Positions 1-8,785 of a DNA stretch of 64,000 bases are shown here, piece by piece. Position 1 is the first letter of the stretch. Every line of letters starts with the position of its first letter. The DNA lies in assembly GCA_017625695.1 (NCBI GenBank), contig JAGAKI010000069.1, positions 2,228 to 66,227 of the forward strand. The letters run 5' to 3'. Below the pieces are notes generated by a model, which had not been told where the DNA came from, searched no databases, and saw nothing but the letters and a program-made list of their open reading frames with translations. This DNA comes from Clostridia bacterium (GTDB lineage: Bacteria > Bacillota > Clostridia > UMGS1840). The position numbers and the translations under genes were made by a program.

Positions 1-391
1 TCTCGCTTGCACCAAAGGCAAGGAGCAAGTCCTTGTTCCAGTTAAGCAAAACTGCGGTCAGGATAACCGAAACAACAATCTGCAGACTAAAGCAGTTGCC
101 AAGTGTCTTTTCTGCAGATTTAATATCCTTTTCACCCATAAAGATAGACGCTCTCGGTGCACCGCCTGAGCTTACTAACGCCGCAAAAGCTGCAACAAGC
201 ATAATCAGGGGCATACACACACCAACACCTGTAAGTGCCATACTTCCGTCTCCGGGCATATGACCTATGTATATGCGGTCAACTATATTGTAAAGCATAT
301 TGATAAGCTGTGCCACAACTGTCGGAATAGACAGTCTGAACAAAAGCTTACCGATAGGCTCCGTCGCTAAAAATTCTTTTTTGTTATCCAT
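1..391 (-). CDS. MATE family efflux transporter, N-terminal part (gene continues past window start)
   Basis: Not in the ORF track because there is no stop in the window. Manual minus-strand translation from ATG 391..389 gives MDNKKEFLATEPIGKLLFRLSIPTVVAQLINMLYNIVDRIYIGHMPGDG..., a typical MATE N-terminus. AAAGGTG RBS upstream. Confidence 0.8.
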   Translation of the reverse strand, partial: MDNKKEFLATEPIGKLLFRLSIPTVVAQLINMLYNIVDRIYIGHMPGDGSMALTGVGVCMPLIMLVAAFAALVSSGGAPRASIFMGEKDIKSAEKTLGNCFSLQIVVSVILTAVLLNWNKDLLLAFGASE

Positions 392-498
392 TTCATAAAA
401 CACCTTTTTTCGTTTGTAATTCATTCAAGCACACTCAATTTGGCGAGAGTCTTGTTTGTCCTTGCTTTTTGACTAGTCAAGTACCTTTTCTTAACTTA

Positions 499-527
499 AT
501 TATACTACATTCCCTTAAAATTTTCAA
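499..527 (-). promoter_or_regulatory. sigma-A type promoter for the MATE gene (TTGAAA-17 nt-TATAAT on minus strand)
   Basis: Plus strand reads ATTATA(499-504)-17 nt-TTTCAA(522-527). The perfect 12-bp palindrome TTGACTAGTCAA (469-480) lies just downstream in the 5' UTR. Confidence 0.5.
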
Positions 528-737
528 TAACGCTGAAACACTTCGTCATATTTTTTAATATTTTTCTAGCACTTTTCTAGCGAAAACCAAAAAAATGCAT
601 CAAAAAGCGGCAATATGAAAATTTCAAGAACAGCAAAGGCTTTGAAGGGTTTCAACCCCTCAAAACCTTGATTTTACGCATATTTTATCGTCAGAACAGA
701 TCATCAGCTTCCTTATCTATCTGATAGAAAACGGTCA

Positions 738-771
738 TAAAAAAACGGTATCCGACGATACCGTTTTTTTA
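738..771. terminator. bidirectional intrinsic terminator hairpin
   Basis: ACGGTATC-cgac-GATACCGT stem flanked by an A-run and a T7 run. It lies downstream of hisD on the minus strand. Confidence 0.7.
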
Positions 772-942
772 TTGAATTGATGTAAGAATTTCATTCATAA
801 CGAAAATATGAATCAATCCTCAAAACGCGGAAAAATGGATGCAAAAAGCAGAAATCGAGAAGGCTTCGCCTTTTTCCCGACGGCGTACTGAGTGTACGCC
901 GAGGGCGAGATTCATGGTTTTTGCGCCATTTTTCAAGTTTCC

Positions 943-2238
943 TTATAAAGGACGTTTTCTTACCGCCATAGCATGTGCCGCAAAACCTTCCAACTCTGCA
1001 AAGTTTCCGGCTTTATCTTTTACGGAAACAAAACCGTCTTTGGTTACATAGCCAAAGGAAGAACGTTTCATAAAGTCTAATACGCCGACGGAGGAGTAGG
1101 TTTTTGCAAAGCCACCGGTGGGAAGAATAGCGTTGGGACCCATTAAGAAGTTACATAAAGTAACAGGAGTCCACTCACCCAAGAGAATTTCTCCGGCATT
1201 TTTAATCTGAGGAAGCACATCAAAGGGTTTTTCGCATAGCACTTCCATATGCTCGGGTGCATATTCGTTGACAAACGCAACAGACTGCTCAAAATTGTCG
1301 GTAATGATTGCACCGCCGTAGGTAGACAAATTGGTATTGATGAAGTTCTGACGCAGTTCGGGCAATTCTTTGATATATTCGATTGCCAATGCACAGACTT
1401 CATGCACAAAAGCTTCGTTGTGACATACCAGAAGTGCCGCAGAATCGGGACCGTGTTCCGCTTCAATCAACCAGTCTAATGCCGCTTTTTTGGGGTCGGT
1501 GGAATCGTCACATAAGATGATGGACTCGCTTGGCCCTGCGGGTAAACCGGTATCAATATAGTTTGCCAGCACACGTTTTGCCGCCGTAGCAAAGGCATTG
1601 CCGGGACCAATTACTTTTCTGGTTTTCGGAATGGATTCGGTACCGAATGCAACCGCTGCAATCGCCTGAATACCGCCAACCTTGAAGATTTCGGTAATCC
1701 CCAGCAGTTTTGCCGCAGTTAAAATGGCATCATCCACTTTCCCCTCTTTATTGGGAGGGGTTACCACTACGATTTTTTCTACCCCTGCAACCACTGCCGG
1801 AACCCCCAGCATCAGAAGAACGGAGGGAAAGCTTCCCTTACCGCCGGGAACATACAGGCATACACTTTCAATGGGAGTCGTCTTTTCCCCTGCTAAGATG
1901 CCTTTATCCACTTCGGTCATCCACATTTCTTCGGGTTTCTGTTTTTCGTGGAAATTTCGGATGTTGTGGTATGCATAAGTAATGGCTTCTTTGGAAGTTG
2001 CATCAATACGGTTGTATGCTTCCTCAATTTCTTCGGGAGTAACCTTCATGGTTTCAGATGTCAAAGCAATTTTGTCAAATTTTTCGGTGTATTTTAATAC
2101 TGCTTTGTCTCCGTTCTCTTTTACGTCCCAGGAAACTTCTTTCGCCACGTCCATATAAGCGGTGATATCAATTTCGGCACGTTTTAAAATAAACTCCTTC
2201 TTTTCGGGAGTGAGTTCGCTGTATTTATAAATATTCAT
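943..2238 (-). CDS. hisD: histidinol dehydrogenase
   Basis: 431-aa ORF with family-typical blocks (GPGNAFATAAKR, EAEHGPDSAALLV, YAPEHMEV). Confidence 0.95.
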   Translation of the reverse strand: MNIYKYSELTPEKKEFILKRAEIDITAYMDVAKEVSWDVKENGDKAVLKYTEKFDKIALTSETMKVTPEEIEEAYNRIDATSKEAITYAYHNIRNFHEKQKPEEMWMTEVDKGILAGEKTTPIESVCLYVPGGKGSFPSVLLMLGVPAVVAGVEKIVVVTPPNKEGKVDDAILTAAKLLGITEIFKVGGIQAIAAVAFGTESIPKTRKVIGPGNAFATAAKRVLANYIDTGLPAGPSESIILCDDSTDPKKAALDWLIEAEHGPDSAALLVCHNEAFVHEVCALAIEYIKELPELRQNFINTNLSTYGGAIITDNFEQSVAFVNEYAPEHMEVLCEKPFDVLPQIKNAGEILLGEWTPVTLCNFLMGPNAILPTGGFAKTYSSVGVLDFMKRSSFGYVTKDGFVSVKDKAGNFAELEGFAAHAMAVRKRPL

Positions 2239-2254
2239 AGAAACGCTCCTACCA

Positions 2255-2848
2255 TTAAACTTTCAGATTTCGGCTGCCGGGTTTTACCAGAGGCAGTTTG
2301 CCTTCTTTACAGATGGGACAGTTTTCAGGCTCAAAGGATTCTACTGCCATAGAAAGAACAGAATAATAAGGAACACCGAAATCAATCTGTCCGCCGGTTC
2401 TGTCTACAATAGAACCAACACCGCAAACGATACCGCCTGCTTCCTGAATCAATTTGATAACTTCTTTTACGGAACCGCCGGTGGTAACAACATCTTCCAC
2501 CACCAATACTTTCTGTCCTTTTTCCACACCGAAGCTGCGACGGAACGTCATTTCGCCATTTTCTCTTTCCGCAAAAATGTTAGGAACGTTCAAATGACGG
2601 GACACTTCATAAGACATCAGGATTGCACCGATTGCAGGTCCGCAAACGATATCGGGTTTATTTTCACCCAAACGGTCTGCCAGTTCTTTACAGAGCAGTT
2701 CAGACAATTTTGCATCTTTAAAAATTTTTGCACACTGTAAGTATCTGTCGGAATGACGACCGGAGGTCAGTAAAAAATGACCTTCCAAAAGAACGCCTGC
2801 TTCCTTTAACAGTTCCATTGCTTTTTCATTGGTAATCATAAGTTTCAA
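2255..2848 (-). CDS. pyrE: orotate phosphoribosyltransferase
   Basis: 197 aa with the PRTase PRPP-binding motif VLVVEDVVTTGGS. Confidence 0.9.
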   Translation of the reverse strand: MKLMITNEKAMELLKEAGVLLEGHFLLTSGRHSDRYLQCAKIFKDAKLSELLCKELADRLGENKPDIVCGPAIGAILMSYEVSRHLNVPNIFAERENGEMTFRRSFGVEKGQKVLVVEDVVTTGGSVKEVIKLIQEAGGIVCGVGSIVDRTGGQIDFGVPYYSVLSMAVESFEPENCPICKEGKLPLVKPGSRNLKV

Positions 2849-3055
2849 TCCTTTCTTTTATCCCACACAAATTGTGTTATTGATATAGTTTCGCCATTAT
2901 ACATACAACAATTCCATTTATTATAACACACATTTCCCAAAAATGCTATAGTTTTTTTAAAAATTTTACAATTTCTTGAAATTATAATAATTTGCTTGAT
3001 TTTTTCCCCTGGAGTATAGTATAATGGAAAAGCAAAAAAGGAAGGGGTGTTCCCT

Positions 3056-3505
3056 ATGAAATGTCCGTACTGCGGATTTTTAGAAAGTAAAGTAATTGAT
3101 TCCAGACGTCTGGAGGAAACCAACTCCATCAAACGGCGCCGGGAATGTTTATCTTGTGAAAAACGGTTTTCCACCTATGAACGGGTGGAATTGGCACCCC
3201 TGGTGGTGATTAAGAAAAACGGTGACCGGGAACAGTTCGACCGTCAGAAGCTTCTTCGGGGAATTATGCACGCCTGCGAAAAACGTCCGGTCTCCATTGA
3301 TATGATGGAAATGATGGTATCCGAAGTGGAAACCACCTTAAACAACGAACTGATGCAGGAAGTGGAAAGCGAACGTATCGGGGAGCTTGTGATGGATAAA
3401 CTAAAAGAAGTAGACGAAGTTGCTTATGTGCGTTTTGCTTCGGTCTACCGGCAGTTCCGTGATATCAACACCTTTATGGAAGAATTGCAAAAGCTACTGA
3501 AATAG
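3056..3505 (+). CDS. nrdR: transcriptional repressor NrdR
   Basis: Zinc ribbon MKCPYCG...CLSCEKRF followed by an ATP-cone. Start moved to ATG 3056, behind the GGAAGGGG RBS. Confidence 0.95.
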   Translation: MKCPYCGFLESKVIDSRRLEETNSIKRRRECLSCEKRFSTYERVELAPLVVIKKNGDREQFDRQKLLRGIMHACEKRPVSIDMMEMMVSEVETTLNNELMQEVESERIGELVMDKLKEVDEVAYVRFASVYRQFRDINTFMEELQKLLK

Positions 3506-3529
3506 CGTTTTTGCGAAAGGAATCAATTT

Positions 3530-4594
3530 ATGAATCAGAAAAAAATTGCTGTGGGAATGAGCGGTGGTGTAGATTCTTCGGTTTGTGCCGTACTGCTCAA
3601 AGAAGCAGGCTACGATGTAGCAGGCATTACCATGCTTCTGCACGGTGGCTGTGAAGATGAAAAAGTCTGCGGCTCTTCTTCAGATATCGAAGATGCCAAA
3701 GCAGTTGCCGACCGTTTGGAAATCCCGTTATATATCTGCGACCAGACCAAAAACTTTGAAGCTCAGGTCATTGAACGGTTTGCAAAAAGCTATGAGCTTG
3801 CCCAAACGCCAAACCCCTGCATTCTGTGTAACCGCTATTTAAAATTTGATGCCATGCTGACAGAAGCACTCTCTCTGGGAATGGACGGAATTGCCACAGG
3901 TCATTATGCCCGTGTGGAATATGACAAAACGGCGGGACGTTATCTGTTAAAAAAAGCAATCGATGAAACCAAAGACCAGAGCTACGTGTTGTATTCTTTG
4001 ACTCAGCATCAATTGTCTCACACCTTATTTCCCCTGGGAAGGCTTGAAAAAGCGGATGTCAGAAAAATTGCTGAGGAAAAAGAGCTGAAAAACGCCCACA
4101 AAAAGGAAAGTCAGGACATCTGTTTTGTACCGGACGGTGACTATGCGGAATTTATCCGCCGTTATCGGGGAATTTCTTTTCCCGAGGGGAACTTTGTTGA
4201 TAAAGACGGAAACATCCTCGGAACCCACAAGGGCATTATTCACTACACCGTAGGTCAGAGAAAGGGGCTGGGGCTTTCATTTTCTTGCCCCATGTACGTC
4301 ATTTCCAAAAACTTAGAAACCAACACCGTAGTTTTGGGACCGATTGATGAACTGTATCAATCTACCTTCCGTGCTACGGATATCAATTTGATATCTTTGG
4401 ATAAAATTGAAGGCGAGCTTCAAGTTTCAGCTAAAATCCGATACAATCAGAAGGAACAGCCTGCCACTGTCAGACAAATTGATAAAAACACCATTGAAGT
4501 TACGTTTTTGGAGCCTCAGAAAGCCATCACCAAAGGACAGGCTGTTGTATTGTATGACGGTGACACCGTGGTGGGCGGAGGCACCATTTTATAG
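3530..4594 (+). CDS. mnmA: tRNA 2-thiouridine(34) synthase MnmA
   Basis: 354 aa with PP-loop SGGVDSS and the conserved NPCILCN block. Confidence 0.95.
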   Translation: MNQKKIAVGMSGGVDSSVCAVLLKEAGYDVAGITMLLHGGCEDEKVCGSSSDIEDAKAVADRLEIPLYICDQTKNFEAQVIERFAKSYELAQTPNPCILCNRYLKFDAMLTEALSLGMDGIATGHYARVEYDKTAGRYLLKKAIDETKDQSYVLYSLTQHQLSHTLFPLGRLEKADVRKIAEEKELKNAHKKESQDICFVPDGDYAEFIRRYRGISFPEGNFVDKDGNILGTHKGIIHYTVGQRKGLGLSFSCPMYVISKNLETNTVVLGPIDELYQSTFRATDINLISLDKIEGELQVSAKIRYNQKEQPATVRQIDKNTIEVTFLEPQKAITKGQAVVLYDGDTVVGGGTIL

Positions 4595-4629
4595 GATTTC
4601 TTATCACAAAAGAAAGGAAGAAACTACCC

Positions 4630-5046
4630 ATGAAATTTTTAAAAAAACTGTTCCCTGTGATTCTGGTTGCCGGCACTGTTGTTACGGTATCTGCACTGGC
4701 ATCAGGAGACGACCCGCTGATTTCCTTAAGCTACTTAAACGAAATTTTTATGCCCAAGGTAGAAACTAAAATCGCAGAAACTACCGTCTACTCCGTCATC
4801 ACCGTGGAAAAGGGAAAAACCTTTGTGGCAGGTGCAGGCTGTGAATTTATCGTAAGAAGTGGTTCGGCATCTGTCATTTCTTCCGCAAGCGGCGGCATCT
4901 GTGATACCACTGACGGTGTGGATTTATCCGGAGGAACCGTTGCTCCGAGCAATCATCTTTTGATTGCTCCCCGTGATGACGGAAGAGGCTTTTCGGCAAC
5001 TACTGACGTTATCTTAATGGTAAAAGGTTCTTATACCATCCGTTAA
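4630..5046 (+). CDS. hypothetical secreted protein
   Basis: 138 aa with an N-terminal signal-like segment MKFLKKLFPVILVAGTVVTVSALA. No family recognised. Confidence 0.55.
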   Translation: MKFLKKLFPVILVAGTVVTVSALASGDDPLISLSYLNEIFMPKVETKIAETTVYSVITVEKGKTFVAGAGCEFIVRSGSASVISSASGGICDTTDGVDLSGGTVAPSNHLLIAPRDDGRGFSATTDVILMVKGSYTIR

Positions 5047-5083
5047 CTCTAAAAAATTTCCAGATTTTTTTAGCAAAAATCAC

Positions 5084-5112
5084 TTGTAAAAATCATTGAT
5101 TGATGATACAAT
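5084..5112 (+). promoter_or_regulatory. candidate promoter TTGTAA-17 nt-TACAAT driving the 6S-like RNA
   Basis: Hexamers at 5084-5089 and 5107-5112 with 17-nt spacing. No CDS follows. Confidence 0.45.
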
Positions 5113-5118
5113 AATAAC

Positions 5119-5330
5119 ACACTTAAAGTGTGCAACGAAAAATCCTGCCGTTCACGTCAGCCGGGTATTTATTAGAACCAACACTTTTTATAAGGGAGCC
5201 AATCTCCTCTCGTCAATTGTAGGCCCACCGCCTTTACGGCCGTATGGGGAACGTGCGACTGAGGGTAAGCACCCACCTGCACATGCAGGTTTCTAATATT
5301 ATCTTGGGGCAACGGTCCGGCGGGTTTTTT
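5119..5330 (+). ncRNA. ssrS: candidate 6S RNA (SsrS-like)
   Basis: About 210-nt non-coding interval. The 5' segment AAAAATCCTGCCGTT...TATTAGAACC is complementary to the 3' segment GGTTTCTAATA...AACGGTCCGGCGGGTTTTTT, giving a long interrupted closing stem. The internal GTAAGCACCCACCTGC resembles my recollection of the CTTACACCCACCTAC stretch of B. subtilis 6S-1. It ends in a T-run. Confidence 0.5.
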
Positions 5331-5372
5331 ATTATTTTCTTGCTGCTTGAAAAAAGAATACAAGCCAAATAA

Positions 5373-5409
5373 AAGGCATAGGATCACTATAAAATCCTAT
5401 GCCTTTTTT
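5373..5409. terminator. bidirectional terminator hairpin (AAGGCATAGGA-loop-TCCTATGCCTT); copy 1 of a repeated element
   Basis: 11-bp perfect stem flanked by an A-run and a T-run. A near-identical hairpin is at 40656-40693. Confidence 0.7.
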
Positions 5410-5420
5410 GATAAAAAGGA

Positions 5421-5810
5421 TGCAGAATTTGAACATCGAACCCGAAGCTGTATATAGGATACTGCGAGTGGTGAAATTCACAGATTCTGCGCTTTTTTCT
5501 ATTCCCAAAGGCGCAGAGAAAAGGCTGCAGAATTTGAACATCGAATCCGAAGCTGTATATAGGATACCGAGAGTGGTGAGATTCACGAATTCTTCGCTTT
5601 TTTCTATTCCCAAAGGCGCAGAGAAAAGGCTGCAGAATTTGAACATCGAACCCGAAGCTGTATCTAGGATACTGCGAATGGTGAGATTCGCGAATTCTTC
5701 GCTTTTTTCCATTCCCAAAGGCGCAGAGAAAAGGATGCAGAATTTGAACATCGAACCCGAAGCTGTATATAGGATACTGCGAGTGGTGAGATTCGCGAAT
5801 TCTGCACCTT
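5421..5810. repeat. 105-bp tandem repeat, 3 full units plus a decaying 4th
   Basis: TGCAGAATTTGAACATCGAA recurs at 5421, 5526, 5631 and 5736, an exact 105-bp period. Units differ at only a few positions. Confidence 0.95.
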
Positions 5811-5830
5811 TTCTCAAGCCGTCACAGGTG

Positions 5831-6013
5831 CTACTCGTAGAGTGCCTCCTTCAACCTTTCTTCCATCCGTTTTATCACAAAACTTCCCCTGGCTTTCGGG
5901 GGTAAGGTTGGTTTTGGAGGTGTGAGGGCTTTTTTCCACTGTGTGACAAACTGACGGAATTGAAAGAGTTGAAACACTTGTAATAATATCAGAATCAATA
6001 GTAATACGGTCAT
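5831..6013 (-). CDS. small membrane protein (single N-terminal TM, basic Pro/Lys tail)
   Basis: 60 aa, MTVLLLILILLQVFQLF.... Its start overlaps the stop of the 597-aa gene as ATGA (6010-6013). Confidence 0.5.
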   Translation of the reverse strand: MTVLLLILILLQVFQLFQFRQFVTQWKKALTPPKPTLPPKARGSFVIKRMEERLKEALYE

Positions 6014-7803
6014 AGCTTATCTCTCTCCTTCCTGATGTGAAGATAGATATTTAAAATGGTCAGTTTTTTGGTATCCGCCGGATTGGCAGTTCCAAAAACC
6101 TCCAGTAAAAAGATGTTGCCCGATACCTTCCAGGGGAAAAAGGATTCCGAAAATTCACTGTCAAGATACCGGTATTTCCAGTTTGTATTCCCGTACATCA
6201 GATGATTGGTGTGCAGTAATTTTCCTTCCCGGGATTCCTTTTCCGAAGAAAGCTTCAGATAACAGTCAATCTCCCTGGGCATTCCCAACGCTTTAACCAC
6301 GACTTCCTCACAACGGGCAATTTCATTTTCTTTGACAGTTCCCAAAACCGGTGCTGTCATATGATACGAAATAGGAACGTCGGTATCGGTTTTTGGATCA
6401 TAATCGGTAGATACCCCACCGGCAAACGCCGTTACATACCTTCCGGACCCCATCAGAATATTCCCGTCGTAGTCTTCTGTCATACAACTGCAAGTAATTC
6501 CCTCATAACAAAGGAAGGCGGAAAGGTAAAAATTATACAGATACATGACGGAATCAATCACCAAATACAAAACACCGTTTTTGTAATAAGAAAACGCTGT
6601 TTTTTCAGGTTTTGGCAATCGGATTTTATCTCTGGACAAAAATTTGTACAAAGAACTGGAGGGTGAATACAACATCTGAACCGTCAGCATAGAAGAAGAA
6701 AAGTTCATCAATCCGCTTTCAGACAAAAAGCTGACACTTCCCGGCGTAGAACAAACCGTTTTTCCGTAAGGAGTACCGTCCGGCACACTTAACAGGGACC
6801 ATTGCCCGTCTTCGGTGGGGTCCGAGCCGACATAATGACTCCAACCGTATTCATATGCAACTACCACCGATTTTTCCACCACGGAAAGACCCGTAATTTT
6901 CCCCAGATGCAAATGCGGGTACAGCACATTTTCTTGGGAGTAAGTCTTCCAGTCATTGGGTTCACTGATATAAAGTGCCGTAGGATGGTCGGGATGTCCG
7001 CCTGCAAAATAGCGCATGGAAGCGGGATGCCACACAATGTAGGGACACCGGATTGCCAGTAATCCCGTTGCATCAGGTGTAGCTACTTTTTCAAAAACAT
7101 CTGATAAAGAATAACATTTTGTACGTTCAAATCCGGAATGACTGCAATAGAGTGTTCGCAGGTTCAGCTCAGCTTCCAACGCCTGTTTCTGTTTCATATG
7201 CAATAAATCGCCCAATTTCCCCAATTGCACAAACTGAGAGGTACCAAGCAAGTCACGGATGTTCTCACGAGTGGCATCGGTATGACTTTTCGCATAATAG
7301 AGAATGTTGGTTTCTTCATCCCAGATATTGGTGCCATATAAATCGGCAGGAAAATCTCCCGAAGTAGAATAATCCTCAGGCAAACGCTCAATCACCAGGT
7401 ATCCCTCCCAGGGATGCTCGACGATGAGGACACCGTCCACACGGCGGTAGATCGGCTTCAGCTGACAGATTGTTCCACCGTACAGAAAGGTAAAACCGTC
7501 GGTTACGGGAAGGACCTTAAAGTTGGTTGCAGTCATACTGAGATTGCACATGACGCCTGCCACCAGGATGTGCAGAGTGTTTTTGCATTGCACAAATAAG
7601 ATTTCGTGTCCTTTGGTGCTTAATGCCTTATGAATGTTGGTAACCTCCCCCGAAAAGGGACCGTATTTTCGTTGGGTACCGTCTCTGACGGTCAAACCGC
7701 CTCCCTCCACGTCCAGATTGGTCAAATCCAAAAGTTCGTTGGTTTTCATCAGATAGGGCGATTTCTGATTGACAATTCCCCCGGAAAAATCATAGTAATT
7801 CAA
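6010..7803 (-). CDS. phage virion-associated protein, aromatic/beta-rich (possible nozzle or tail-tubular-B-like)
   Basis: 597 aa with a TTG start 8 nt after GGAGG. Its position downstream of capsid and adaptor-like genes matches podovirus gene order. No motif recognised with certainty. Confidence 0.45.
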   Translation of the reverse strand: MNYYDFSGGIVNQKSPYLMKTNELLDLTNLDVEGGGLTVRDGTQRKYGPFSGEVTNIHKALSTKGHEILFVQCKNTLHILVAGVMCNLSMTATNFKVLPVTDGFTFLYGGTICQLKPIYRRVDGVLIVEHPWEGYLVIERLPEDYSTSGDFPADLYGTNIWDEETNILYYAKSHTDATRENIRDLLGTSQFVQLGKLGDLLHMKQKQALEAELNLRTLYCSHSGFERTKCYSLSDVFEKVATPDATGLLAIRCPYIVWHPASMRYFAGGHPDHPTALYISEPNDWKTYSQENVLYPHLHLGKITGLSVVEKSVVVAYEYGWSHYVGSDPTEDGQWSLLSVPDGTPYGKTVCSTPGSVSFLSESGLMNFSSSMLTVQMLYSPSSSLYKFLSRDKIRLPKPEKTAFSYYKNGVLYLVIDSVMYLYNFYLSAFLCYEGITCSCMTEDYDGNILMGSGRYVTAFAGGVSTDYDPKTDTDVPISYHMTAPVLGTVKENEIARCEEVVVKALGMPREIDCYLKLSSEKESREGKLLHTNHLMYGNTNWKYRYLDSEFSESFFPWKVSGNIFLLEVFGTANPADTKKLTILNIYLHIRKERDKL

Positions 7804-7815
7804 AACCGTTTCCTC

Positions 7816-8346
7816 CTATCTCCACTCCGGTGTTTCAATGGGTGTTGGTCGTTTTCTTTGTCTCTTTGCGATACTCTCGTGAATGGCAGTACAGTTTCCG
7901 TGAAACTCTTCAATCAGAGTATCTGCCAAACGGTTGGAGGGATCATCGGCACGAAGGACGGAAAATGCCACATATTTGCAAAGCTCCGAATCATATTCCG
8001 GAGCAACCGGGATAGGCTCTTCCGCCGATAGTTCTCCGGAAAATACGCTGTAATAATAGACCAGATAACTGCCCGGTTCTGAAAAAGAAAGCCCTCTCTC
8101 ATCACATTGGTAGTCAAAATAGCGATGCTTGTCCCGATAGATTTTGTAAATCCCCCTGTGTTTGGGTAAAGGATAGGGAATGTCCGTCTCGGTACACTCC
8201 ACCGAAAGGCATTTGATAGGACAGGCAGTATCATATTTGGCAAACATCAGCCGAAGTCCTTCCGTGAGATAAATTTTTGCAAGTGAAATATCCACCTGCT
8301 TTCCGATGAGGATGGATGCCACATCGGTTACTTCCTGTAAGGTCAT
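7816..8346 (-). CDS. phage head-tail adaptor-like protein (tentative)
   Basis: 176 aa with a strong AAGGAGGA RBS. The N-terminus MTLQEVTDVASIL resembles connector/adaptor family starts. Assignment rests mainly on position. Confidence 0.4.
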   Translation of the reverse strand: MTLQEVTDVASILIGKQVDISLAKIYLTEGLRLMFAKYDTACPIKCLSVECTETDIPYPLPKHRGIYKIYRDKHRYFDYQCDERGLSFSEPGSYLVYYYSVFSGELSAEEPIPVAPEYDSELCKYVAFSVLRADDPSNRLADTLIEEFHGNCTAIHESIAKRQRKRPTPIETPEWR

Positions 8347-8374
8347 GGTATATCCTCCTTATGTTTTGTTTCAT

Positions 8375-8770
8375 TTATATAAAACGCGTAGAATAGGCAT
8401 CCCGATCTACGGTGTCTTTGGATTCATGATGATTCAGATACGAAAGCACCTCTTTGGTTTTCACACAAGCTTCCTCAGGAATTTCCCGGTTTTTTTCTTC
8501 CAGTCTCCGGTTGTTTTGATCCATCTCGGAAATCAAGGTATCCAGGTTGGAAATTCTGGTTTTTTGGACCAGGTCCAGGGTTCTTGCATCCAGCTCCGGA
8601 TAGGGTACCGTCAAACAATAGGTGGTTCCTGCCTGCCCGCTGTGATGCACCTCGAAGGTCTTTTTTTCGTGATTTCTTACCACAAAATAATTGGAATCTA
8701 TTTCCCTGAGACGTTCAGGAATCCGATAAACATTAGTTAAGATAGGTGTAGTTTGAAACTGTTTTTGCAT
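8375..8770 (-). CDS. hypothetical phage-module protein
   Basis: 131 aa with RBS AGAGGAAG. Located directly after the post-capsid terminator. Confidence 0.5.
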   Translation of the reverse strand: MQKQFQTTPILTNVYRIPERLREIDSNYFVVRNHEKKTFEVHHSGQAGTTYCLTVPYPELDARTLDLVQKTRISNLDTLISEMDQNNRRLEEKNREIPEEACVKTKEVLSYLNHHESKDTVDRDAYSTRFI

Positions 8771-8785
8771 AGCTTCCTCTTTTTT

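Noticed and set aside
2865-2880. Palindrome ACACAAaTTGTGT just upstream of pyrE, considered as an NrdR box or PyrR site.
   Set aside because: It is shorter than the 16-bp NrdR box, it is single rather than tandem, and pyrE is not an nrd gene. No PyrR-type ARUCCAGAGAGG loop is present.
5096-5296. 66-aa ORF inside the 6S-like region.
   Set aside because: It has no RBS, and the region has long-range RNA pairing and ends in a T-run. I interpret it as an ncRNA.
5440-5460. tRNA-like GGTTCGAT (T-loop-like) on the minus strand of each repeat unit.
   Set aside because: No complementary T-stem, acceptor stem or anticodon arm can be drawn.
5421-5810. CRISPR array.
   Set aside because: The whole 105-bp unit repeats with no unique spacers, and there are no cas genes in the window.
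5332-5905. Repeat-spanning ORFs on both strands (5399-5905 plus strand, 168 aa; 5332-5817 minus strand, 161 aa) as real repeat proteins.
   Set aside because: They stay open only because the 105-bp period is a multiple of 3. The minus-strand ORF needs a TTG with no RBS. The plus-strand ORF starts inside a terminator hairpin. Substitutions between units are not visibly synonymous-biased. I treat the region as non-coding.
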